NCBI GenBank assembly: GCA_950097015.1
Contig: CATNEN010000009.1
Location: 744,001 to 808,000, forward strand
Reading direction: 5' to 3'
DNA from: Macrostomum hystrix
Lineage: Eukaryota > Animalia > Platyhelminthes
DNA: 64,000 nucleotides
Shown: piece by piece, positions 24,601 to 34,200 of the stretch
How the letters are laid out: the number at the start of each line of letters is the position of its first letter
How positions within the stretch are numbered: position 1 is the first letter of the stretch
The notes under the pieces: model-generated
Told to the model about the DNA's origin: nothing
Database searches by the model: none
Seen by the model: the letters and a program-made list of their open reading frames with translations, nothing else
Position numbers and translations under genes: made by a program

Positions 24601-27568
24601 TGGCTTCTGCGTTTTGATGTACATAGCCTCGAAAATGCTGAGTTTGAAATCATTTTTGCAGGTATCGATCAATTTAAACCTTTCAGAGGGCTCCCTATTG
24701 CAGCAGCTGTTACACGTGAGAAGATGCTCGTGAATAGCATAGTTTTTCATCCGATGCTCCCTCACTCTCGTGTACAGGTGACGTTTAGTTTTTCCTATGT
24801 AGGAAATGCTCTGATCCTCAGAGCAATGAAATTTATACACAACACCTGCTGCGAGAGGACGAGGGGCACGGGATTTCAGTCTGCTGACGAACCTGGAAAT
24901 TTTATCAGTGCGGAACACAACTTTCAGCTGAAGGTTAAAGTTTCTATGAAAATGTTTCTCAATTTTCTTTTTAAACTCAATAGAGCAAAGGCAAAAAACG
25001 GTAAAATAGTCAGAGGATTATTCACTTCACTGGCTTCTACATGTAACTAAATAAGCAACTTCATGTTGGTGTTTACCTTCATTTACCTTATCATTTTGAA
25101 GCGAGCAACACTTCCCAAACCAATCTTGCTTTCAAAACCTCTCATAAACACGGAAACTTTCTCTTTCAAGACTTGCCCTACTCAAAACTTCTATCCTTAA
25201 ATCCTACTCGACTTGCAATATTTCGAAGAAATCTCCCCGTTCGTAAATATCCCCGTTTACAAAACTTCCCGTTCACAAATATCCTCATGTCACAAATCTC
25301 CCAAGCAAATCCAAAAGCCTGACAATTTGCTCCTCAGGTTGATCAACAAAAGCCAGGTGTGATTAGCTCACTCAGCTAATTAGGGGAGACAGGTACTGGA
25401 GATGGCACTGCTCACGGCCGCCCTGCTCAGCCGGTACAGTGGGATAAATAATGACGTGTTTGCTCTCCGAATCCTCAGCAACCGAGCCGCGCCTGCTCTA
25501 TATTTGGCTGCCTGTTTTCAAAGAAGCCTTCCTTGGCTTCTAGAAGGCATCGCAGAAAAGTGCAACCTCCGCCTCCGCCTCCGCCTCCGCCTCCGCCTCC
25601 TTCGGTCGGTTTATGAGGCTGCAGTGTTATTAATTTCTCCTTTGACATTTGCGACAATAAAACTAAGGACTCAGGAAACACTCGAAGCTTCACCGGCAAA
25701 GGCTCGGGTCAGATGAGAGATAGAGGACAGATGGGAGAAAAGTTTAGAAATGGGAGAAATGAAAGGGCAGAGTTGGAGCAGGAGAGAAAAGACGTTTTGG
25801 GAAAAAATGTAAGAAATGCGAGAAAGGAGAGAAAGAGTGCAGATGGGAGAAAGGGTATAGATGAAATGTGGAGAGAAGGGGAGAAAGAGTGCAGATGGGA
25901 GAAAGGGTATAGATGAAATGTGGAGAGAAGGGGAGAAAGAGTGCTGATGGGAGAAAGGGTATAGATGAAATGTGGAGAGAAGGGGAGAAAGAGTGCAGAT
26001 GGGAGAAAGGGTATAGATGAAATGTGGAGAGAAGGGGAGAAAGAGTGCAGATGGGAGAAAGGGTATAGATGAAATGTGGAGAGAAGGGGAGAAAGAGTGC
26101 AGATGGGAGAAAGGGTATAGATGAAATGTGGAGAGAAGGGGAGAAAAGGAAATGATGGAAGAACTGTCCCCTTTCAAGAAAGATTTCAGAGGAGTTGGAA
26201 ACGGTTCTCGAAGCGGATGCGCAGGTGAAAGGTACTCCCTAATTTAGAATGGAACAGGATGCCATGCAGTGCTCGGAAGGGATTTCTGCCCAATTGAGGC
26301 ACAGTTGAGGAAGCTGAAGGTGGATTTTCCGTCCGTCTAGAGCGGCATTGGGAGCTGCTCTAAGGTGCGCCGAAAACCGGTCTCGGGCCGGATCGGGGCA
26401 GCAGCGGCTCGACCCGCTCTGAGACCCGAGAATCTGATGCCTCTCGTGTGTAAGAAGGCCGCCCCCAGCCCCCTGGGTGAAAATATCCCCTTTGTCACAA
26501 TTTCCCCGGGGGAAATGGGATCATCAGCGGGGACTGCTACCCTCTCCCCTCCGATACTCGGGTCATCGGTGCACAGCGCCTTCTTTGTGGCCGGGAAACT
26601 GACAGCTCCGGGCGGCTCTGGACTCAGCACTCCCTGCTGAGGGTGGCCTGGGGTTCGTGCGTGTCCCGGCATTCGCAATTAGTGATGCGGCGCAGATCGC
26701 AAGCTAAGGGAGGGGTGGGCGGCGCGTGTGCCGAATCAGGCGGCGGTCAAGCACGACTATTTTTAGCTGGGCGAAACAGCTGGGCAATCTCAAGGAGACC
26801 TGCACCACTGCAACTGCTGGGCTGGCAGATAGGCAGAACAGACAACATTGCGGACACCAAAGCAGACACCACAGCAGACACCACAGCAGACACCACAGCA
26901 GACACCACAGCAGACACCCTAATTTCAGCTCCGAACACCGCCTGATACTGAAAAGTCCCCAATTCCAGCACCGAACAGTCCCCAATTCCAGCTCGGAACA
27001 GTCCCCAATTCCAGCATCGAACAGTCCCCAATTCCAGCACCGAACAGTCCCCAATTCCAGCTCCGAACAGTCCCCAATTCCAGCACCGAACAGTCCCCAA
27101 TTCCAGCTCCGAACAGTCCCCAATTCCAGCTCCGAACAGTCCCCAATTCCAGCTCCGAACAGTCCCCAATTCCAGCACCGAACAGTCCCCAATTCCAGCT
27201 CCGAACAGTCCCCAATTCCAGCTCCGAACAGTCCCCAATTCCAGCTCCGAACAGTCCCCAATTCCAGCACCGAACAGTCCACAATTCCCCAAGTCCTCTG
27301 AACAGTCACAAGATTCGAACAGCGTGGCTAGCATGGACTGAAACTCAAAGCCGAACCCACATACCTCGCACCGCAGGCGCTGTTCCAGAACCTGCCGTTT
27401 GTGCAGTGCTGCCTGAACCCCTTCATCTACGTGTTCGTGTCGCAGAACTGGCGGGCGGGTCTCGTCCGCCTGATGCGCCGCGCCCTGCCCTGCCTGGGCC
27501 GCTGGCGGCGCGCGCAGCAGCAGCAGCTGAATGGCGTCTGCCTGCAGTCTCTGCAGGAGGTCAACTGA
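12614..27568 (+). CDS. Class A (rhodopsin-like) GPCR, neuropeptide-receptor-like, atypical motifs; 6 exons 12614-13029, 14999-15122, 15497-15735, 19106-19385, 21077-21205, 27377-27568; 459 aa
   Basis: All five introns are GT-AG with matching phases (2,0,2,0,0); exon total 1380 nt = 460 codons. Seven hydrophobic segments with N1.50 (SNGLV), C3.25 (WLC), ICL2 HPLKAR, W4.50, ECL2 Cys, P5.50, TM6 FFLGWLP and TM7 NPFIY. Confidence 0.9.
14275..14709 (+). CDS. Intronless 144-aa hypothetical protein nested in GPCR1 intron 1
   Basis: Non-repetitive ORF with C/G-ending codon bias like the neighbouring exons; AG two nt before the ATG; AATAAA at 14784-14789. No family recognised. Confidence 0.6.
   Translation: MTDTASTDPTKLSAPVTAGGLTSIGSAGGSRRRNLSRSRADSVEQLEQLAGGSNSPDSGAPCPLHRSRRFQRLQANKDEIAAVGNVALDGTLAPSRLLKKCRELKRASSAGRGLSSAKNSDDDTSTYSSIGSLPSDFEEICNNS
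16206..16333. repeat. 21-bp minisatellite (TACTTCTCCTAGTCACCAGGG) x6
   Basis: Direct reading; abuts the SINE 5' end. Confidence 0.9.
16358..16670 (+). mobile_element. tRNA-derived SINE with CORE-like central domain, apparently full length
   Basis: Pol III A box TAGCCTAGTGG (16366-16376) and B box GGTTCGATTCC (16410-16420). GCAAGACACTTAAC...CAGCTGTTAAATGGG resembles the MIR/CORE domain from memory. ATT-rich tail; second copy at 18883-19018. Confidence 0.8.
17565..18475. repeat. 15-bp minisatellite (GAGAGAGGAGACAGT)
   Basis: Direct reading; lies in GPCR1 intron 3. Confidence 0.97.
18883..19018 (-). mobile_element. 5'-truncated copy of the same SINE, inverted orientation
   Basis: Reverse complement aligns to 16475-16633 (TTCAGTTCACCCAGCTGTTAAA, CAGTCCATGGACTGAACAGCCGTACGCAGCCTTCA, TGCGGCTGTGCTGTCGGC). 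Confidence 0.85.
19798..19967. repeat. 11-bp minisatellite (GACACCCACCT)
   Basis: Direct reading. Confidence 0.9.
20045..20485. repeat. CT-rich compound repeat (CTCTCATCTCCCTCT...)
   Basis: Direct reading. Confidence 0.9.
20820..21070. repeat. (ACTC)n microsatellite, about 62 units, ending 6 nt before GPCR1 exon 5
   Basis: Direct reading; followed by ACGCAG|ATC (exon starts at 21077). Confidence 0.97.
21243..21633. repeat. 38-bp minisatellite (GACTGTAGGGATGATCATTGTGAGGATCTTGGGAATAA), about 9 copies
   Basis: Direct reading; unrelated in sequence to the 38-bp satellite at 1-5480. Confidence 0.93.
22518..23543 (+). mobile_element. piggyBac (PGBD4-like) transposase remnant, frameshifted and internally deleted
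   Basis: Motifs ..[27 protein letters not shown] and [11 protein letters not shown], then directly NAWIVY and the C-terminal Cys-rich domain CRVC...[17 protein letters not shown]; stops and frameshifts present; TIRs not identified. Confidence 0.85.
24192..24287. repeat. 32-bp inverted repeat with 32-bp spacer (hairpin, possible MITE core)
   Basis: 24192-24223 and 24256-24287 are reverse complements with one mismatch. Confidence 0.85.
24325..25089 (-). mobile_element. Penelope-like retroelement 3' fragment (GIY-YIG endonuclease + 3' pLTR), 5'-truncated with inverted end
   Basis: ORF 24918-24541: GVVYKFHC...[17 protein letters not shown]...AIHEH...[10 protein letters not shown], the PLE GIY-YIG pattern; 41-bp inverted terminal repeat 24325-24365 / 25049-25089. 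Confidence 0.9.
24365..24416 (-). ncRNA. Minimal type I hammerhead ribozyme in the Penelope pLTR
   Basis: Minus strand reads UUGUU-aaa-GCC CUGAAGA U GACC-uguua-GGUC GAAA UGCA UC / GGC-au-AACAA: intact core, stems I and II pair, palindromic stem III. Predicted cleavage between 24375 and 24374. Confidence 0.8.
25835..26146. repeat. 52-bp purine-rich minisatellite (GAGTGCAGATGGGAGAAAGGGTATAGATGAAATGTGGAGAGAAGGGGAGAAA) x6
   Basis: Direct reading. Confidence 0.93.
26860..27302. repeat. 12-bp (GCAGACACCACA) x4 followed by a 23-bp array (CCGAACAGTCCCCAATTCCAGCT)
   Basis: Direct reading; ends about 75 nt before GPCR1 exon 6. Confidence 0.92.
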
Positions 27569-28254
27569 CCTGCTAGATGGATGTCACATTGATTGACATT
27601 TCCTTATCTAAGAAGCAGGGAAGTCAAGCACAATGACATCAGAATGCGAGTTTATGCGCCTGTAAATTACATGTTTATGTTTTCAGTGTATTTTAAATAG
27701 GTTTACTGCAGTGGTAGATCAATGATGTGTACAGTGCTCACCGGTTAACTTAAATTGAGCTGCTCTTGTAGCACTAATTCGCCTGTAGCTGTTGCTATGC
27801 TGTCATTCTGTTCTCAACAAAGTTTTCCAACTCGACTCATGCTAGTTATTAGCGCCAGAGCTGTTGTGAAGCCATGTACTCAAACAAAGCTAATTTTTAT
27901 CTCATTGTTATCCGCGTCCCATTTGCGATTTACCGTTTCGTTTACCCGGGTTGATGTACTTTTGTCTTAAGCTGTTTACCAGAGCTGTCTGTTTGCTGTA
28001 GCCTGTGTTGTTCCAGTAATTCCACTTACATGCTTTGGTTCTCTGTTAAAAACTACTTTTATTTCCATGATATTAGAAGCAGAACCGGCCCGCCACACCC
28101 TCACATTGGCTTCGGACTTGTGTCGCTGTGACAAATATAAAATATACGCACTGAAGCTGCTGCCCCCGTGCTGTTTGTTGCTCTCAAAGAATTTTTGCCA
28201 GCCAGCTTTCAAATTTAATCATATAAACTGGACCACAGTCGCACACCCCGCGAC

Positions 28255-28885
28255 TGAATCAGCCTCAACTTTTACACCTCCAGCCGCACTGAATCAGCCT
28301 CAACTTTCACACCTCCAGCCGCACTGAATCAGCCTCAACTTTCACACCTCCAGCCGCACTGAATCAGCCTTAACTTTCACACCTCCAGCCGCACTGAATC
28401 AGCCTCAACTTTCACACCTTCAGCCGCACTGAATCAGCCTCAACTTTCACACCTCCAGCCGCACTGAATCAGCCTCAACTTTTACACCTCCAGCCGCACT
28501 GAATCAGCCTCAACTTTTACACCTCCAGCCGCACTGAATCAGCCTTAACTTTCACACCTCCAGCCGCACTGAATCAGCCTTAACTTTCACACCTCCAGCC
28601 GCACTGAATCAGCCTCAACTTTCACACCTCCAGCCGCACTGAATCAGCCTTAACTTTCACACCTCCAGCCGCACTGAATCAGCCTTAACTTTCACACCTC
28701 CAGCCGCACTGAATCAGCCTCAACTTTCACACCTCCAGCCGCACTGAATCAGCCTCAACTTTCACACCTCCAGCCGCACTGAATCAGCCTTAACTTTCAC
28801 ACCTCCAGCCGCACTGAATCAGCCTCAACTTTCACACCTCCAGCCGCACTGAATCAGCCTCAACTTTCACACCTCCAGCCGCACT
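28255..28885. repeat. 35-bp minisatellite (GAATCAGCCTCAACTTTCACACCTCCAGCCGCACT), about 18 copies
   Basis: Direct reading. Confidence 0.96.
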
Positions 28886-30077
28886 AACGCTTCAGTCAAA
28901 CTACTTTTTAATTTTTTAGTTCCACGTGAGGCGTCTTTTTACTCTATTTGCCTCTCGGACTCCAGACCTCATTTGGAAATTTTAATACTACATTTTACAT
29001 CTAGTGAGTTGTTTTTAGGCTATCCACTTTTTAGCGGAGTGAGCTAGAAAACTAGCGAAAAAGTTTTTTAACGTTAGAATATTTGACCTTCCACGTGTTC
29101 GTAAGCAACTTCCTTTAATTCGATTTCCGAACACGCTGAGCTATAACAAACTCTGAGCTATTCGAATTCTGTCATTCATCAACAATAGCACAGCTCAGCT
29201 GGCTGGGAAAATGATGTGTCTGGCTCAGTTGATTTTTTCTTGAATTGACAATGACAACGGCCTGGCAGTTTTTGTTAATCCCCACTGTGATTTATTGTTC
29301 TAGTTTAGCTTCCCGACGTAGGCTAGCAGACCTAATTGCTTTTTGGGTTCTGCTAAAAGTAACTTACTTAGGATACCCCAGCCTAGAGTGGGATTTCTGT
29401 TAGGATCGAGTGGGATTTCTGTTAGGAATCGAGTGGGATTTCTGTTAGGAATCGAGTGGGATTTCTGTTGGCTATCTGGTGGGCATTGGGATCAATAGAT
29501 CAATGGGATCAAAGACCCGCTGGTCTCATGTGGCCTGAAAATGAGGTGGAGTCATGAGGCTGATTACATACAGATTAACCCCGCAGCCTCTCCCCGATTT
29601 CGCAGAAATGTTTCACTGCCTGTCACGTTTGTCTGTCTATTCGTATCTTGGCGGCTTCTAATAAAGTTTTGTAATAAAATTTTCTCTAAATGGCATGCTT
29701 TGTAACAACAGGTGTGAAAAAGTGCTCCAGGTATGCTCAAAAACTCAACTGCCAGCACTGCCCTCCAGCCTTTCATTGGATCACGCATCCCCCGCCCACG
29801 CATTCGCCTATTGAGTTTTCTCCTAGTCACGCGCGCTAACGACCCCGAGTTTCAAAGCCTATTGAAATACTCGTATCTTTTGTCCTTCTCTGCAGGCACT
29901 TCTTGATTGACGGAAAATTGCCGTTTGCCATTTCTTAGCGATTTCAGCATTTCAGCGATTGTCCATTCGCTTGGGGGTTACTGTAGATTCAGAAGGGATT
30001 TCCCGAGGATTCGCTGGGGATTCGCTGGCGATTCACAATGGATTTACAGTGAATTTACTGAGGAATTGCTTGTGATT

Positions 30078-31021
30078 TGCTAAGGGTTCGCTCAAGATTT
30101 GCTCAGGGTTTGCTCAAGATATGCTAAGGGTTCGCACAAGATTTGCTTAGGGTTCGCTCAAGATATACTAAGGGTTCGCACAAGATTTGCTTAGGGTTCG
30201 CACAAGATTTGCTTAGGGTTCGCTCAAGATATGCTAAGGGTTCGCACAAGATTTGCTTAGGGTTCGCTCAAGATTTGCTTAGGGTTCGCTCAAGATATGC
30301 TAAGGGTTCGCACAAGATTTGCTTAGGGTTCGCTCAAGATTTGCTTAGGGTTCGCTCAAGATTTGCTTAGGGTTCGCTCAAGATTTGCTTAGGGTTCGCT
30401 CAAGATTTGCTAAGGGTTCGCTCAAGATTTGCTAAGGGTTCGCTCAAGATATACTAAGGGTTCGCACAAGATTTGCTTAGGGTTCGCTCAAGATTTGCTT
30501 AGGGTTCGCTCAAGATTTGCTTAGGGTTCGCTCAAGATATGCTAAGGGTTCGCACAAGATTTGCTTAGGGTTCGCTCAAGATTTGCTTAGGGTTCGCTCA
30601 AGATTTGCTTAGGGTTCGCTCAAGATTTGCTTAGGGTTCGCTCAAGATTTGCTTAGGGTTCGCTCAAGATTTGCTAAGGGTTCGCTCAAGATTTGCTAAG
30701 GGTTCGCTCAAGATATACTAAGGGTTCGCACAAGATTTGCTTAGGGTTCGCTCAAGATTTGCTTAGGGTTCGCTCAAGATTTGCTTAGGGTTCGCTCAAG
30801 ATATGCTAAGGGTTCGCACAAGATTTGCTTAGGGTTCGCTCAAGATTTGCTTAGGGTTCGCTCAAGATTTGCTTAGGGTTCGCTCAAGATTTGCTTAGGG
30901 TTCGCTCAAGATTTGCTTAGGGTTCGCTCAAGATTTGCTAAGGGTTCGCTCAAGATTTGCTAAGGGTTCGCTCAAGATATACTAAGGGTTCGCACAAGAT
31001 TTGCTTAGGATTCGCTCAAGA
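30078..31021. repeat. 22-bp minisatellite containing TTAGGG (GCTTAGGGTTCGCTCAAGATTT)
   Basis: Direct reading; the variant unit has CTAAGGG; recurring multi-unit blocks. Confidence 0.96.
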
Positions 31022-31251
31022 TTTAATATTACCTTGAATTATAAACTGGCTTTGTATTTATAGTGATTTTCACATAGTGATACTTGCGCACAGACACACG
31101 CATATGCATATACTACATATAGCAAACCAGAATTTATTGTTTAATAATTAAGTTCGATTTAAATAACAAATATAGAATCCTGACACTTCGCGCACTGCAC
31201 TACTGTCCACCCAAACTGAGTAGTGCGGTCAGCTGTGCTACCACCGTACTT

Positions 31252-34200
31252 TTAGCCACTGGTGACGAGCCCCACGATAGCCAGGAAGCCTGCCGCGATG
31301 GCGGAGAAGCCAGAAATGCAGCCTTTCGTAGTGTTGTAGTGACTCAAGCGGACCATGAGCACACCCAAAAGCACCAGTACTCCTGCGGGAGGGCGATGTG
31401 AGATTTGAGACTGTGAGATTTGAGACTGTGAGATTTGAGACTGTGAGATTTGAGACTGTGAGATTTGAGACTGTGAGATTTGAGACTGTGAGATTTAAGA
31501 CTGTGAGATTTGAGACTGTGAGATTTGAGACTGTGAGATTTGAGACTGTGAGATTTGAGACTGTGAGATTTGAGACTGTGAGATTTGAGACTGAGATTTC
31601 AGACTGTGACATTTCAGGCTGTGAGATTTGAGACTGTTAGATTTGAGACTGTGAGATTTGAGACTGTGAGATTTGAGACTGTGAGATTTGAGACTGTGAG
31701 ATTTGAGACTGTGAGATTTGAGACTGTGAGATTTGAGACTGTGAGATTTGAGACTGTGAGATTTGAGACTGTGAGATTTGAGACTGTGAGATTTGAGACT
31801 GTGAGATTTGAGACTGTGAGATTTGAGACTGAGATTTCAGACTGTGACATTTCAGGCTGTGAGATTTGAGACTGTGAGATTTGAGACTGTGAGATTTGAG
31901 ACTGTGAGATTTGAGACTGTGAGATTTGAGACTGTGAGATTTGAGACTGTGAGATTTGAGACTGTGAGATTTGAGACTGTGAGATTTGAGACTGTGAGAT
32001 TTGAGACTGTGAGATTTGAGACTGTGAGATTTGAGACTGTGAGATTTGAGACTGTGAGATTTGAGACTGTGAGATTTGAGACTGTGAGATTTGAGACTGA
32101 GATTTCAGACTGTGACATTTTTCAGGCTGTGAGATTTGAGACTGTGAGATTTTAGACTGTGAGATTTGAGACTATGAGATTTGAGACTGTGAGATTTGAG
32201 ACTATGAGATTTGAGACTGTGAGATTTGAGACTGTGAGATTTGAGACTGTGAGATTTGAGGCTGTGAGATTTCAGACTGTGAGATTTCAGACTGAGATTT
32301 CAGACTGTGAGATTTGAGACTGTGAGATTTGAGACTGTGAGATTTGAGACTGTGAGATTTGAGACTGTGAGATTTGAGACTGTGAGATTTGAGACTGTGA
32401 GATTTGAGACTGTGAGATTTGAGACTGAGATTTCAGACTGTGACATTTTTCAGGCTGTGAGATTTGAGACTGTGAGATTTTAGACTGTGAGATTTGAGAC
32501 TATGAGATTTGAGACTGTGAGATTTGAGACTATGAGATTTGAGACTGTGAGATTTGAGACTGTGAGATTTGAGACTGTGAGATTTGAGACTGTGAGATTT
32601 GAGACTGTGAGATTTGAGACTGTGAGATTTGAGACTGTGAGATTTGAGACTGTGAGATTTGAGACTGTGAGATTTGAGACTGTGAGATTTGAGACTGTGA
32701 GATTTGAGACTGTGAGATTTGAGACTGTGAGATTTCAGACTGTGAGATTTGAGACTGAGATTTGAAACTGTGAGATTTGAGACTGTGAGATTTGAGACTA
32801 TGAGATTTGAGACTGTGAGATTTGAGACTGTGAGATTTGAGACTGTGAGATTTGAGACTGTGAGATTTGAGACTGTGAGATTTGAGACTGTGAGATTTGA
32901 GACTTAGATTTCAGACTGTGACATTTTTCAGGCTGTGAGATTTGAGACTATGAGATTTGAGACTGTGAGATTTGAGACTGTGAGATTTGAGACTGTGAGA
33001 TTTGAGACTGTGAGATTTGAGACTGTGAGATTTGAGGCTGTGAGATTTCAGACTGTGAGATTTCAGACTGAGATTTCAGACTGTGAGATTTGAGACTGTG
33101 AGATTTGAGACTGTCAGATTTGAGACTGTGAGATTTGAGACTGGTAGATTTGAGACTGTGAGATTTGAGGCTGTGAGATTTGAGACTGTGAGATTTGAGA
33201 CTGTGAGATTTGAGACTGTGAGATTTGAGACTGTGAGATTTGAGACTGAGATTTCAGACTGTGACATTTTTCAGGCTGTGAGATTTGAGACTGTGAGATT
33301 TTAGACTGTGAGATTTGAGACTATGAGATTTGAGACTGTGAGATTTAAGACTGTGAGATTTCAGACTGTGAGATTTGAGACTGAGATTTGAAACTGTGAG
33401 ATTTGAGACTGTGAGATTTGAGACTATGAGATTTGAGACTGTGAGATTTGAGACTGTGAGATTTGAGACTGTGAGATTTGAGACTGTGAGATTTGAGACT
33501 GTGAGATTTGAGACTGTGAGATTTGAGACTTAGATTTCAGACTGTGACATTTTTCAGGCTGTGAGATTTGAGACTATGAGATTTGAGACTGTGAGATTTG
33601 AGACTGTGAGATTTGAGACTGTGAGATTTGAGACTGTGAGATTTGAGACTGTGAGATTTGAGGCTGTGAGATTTCAGACTGTGAGATTTCAGACTGAGAT
33701 TTCAGACTGTGAGATTTGAGACTGTGAGATTTGAGACTGTCAGATTTGAGACTGTGAGATTTGAGACTGGTAGATTTGAGACTGTGAGATTTGAGGCTGT
33801 GAGATTTGAGACTGTGAGATTTGAGGCTGTGAGATTTCAGGCTGTGAGATTTGAGACTGTTAGATTTGAGACTGTGAGATTTGAGACTGTGAGATTTGAG
33901 ACTGAGATTTCAGACTGTGACATTTTTCAGGCTGTGAGATTTGAGACTGTGAGATTTCAGGCTGTGAGATTTGAGACTGTGAGATTTGAGACTGTGAGAT
34001 TTCAGGCTGACATTTCAGGCACTGAGATTTTAGATAACTAGCTTGCTATTCTTGATGCTAGTTAATCGAGCTGTGGTTAGACTGTGATTGAGGCAAGCAC
34101 TGTACATGCTGGGCTGAGCTGCACGCTGAGGATTTCATGTCAGTCGTGAGCTCACAACCATCTCATATCTTCCATAGTGTCGAGGGGTTGGAGTGGGGAC

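Noticed and set aside
26486-26535. Second hammerhead candidate on the minus strand (CTGATGA...GGGGAAA)
   Set aside because: No U-H cleavage site after stem III, and the stem II closing pair is inverted.
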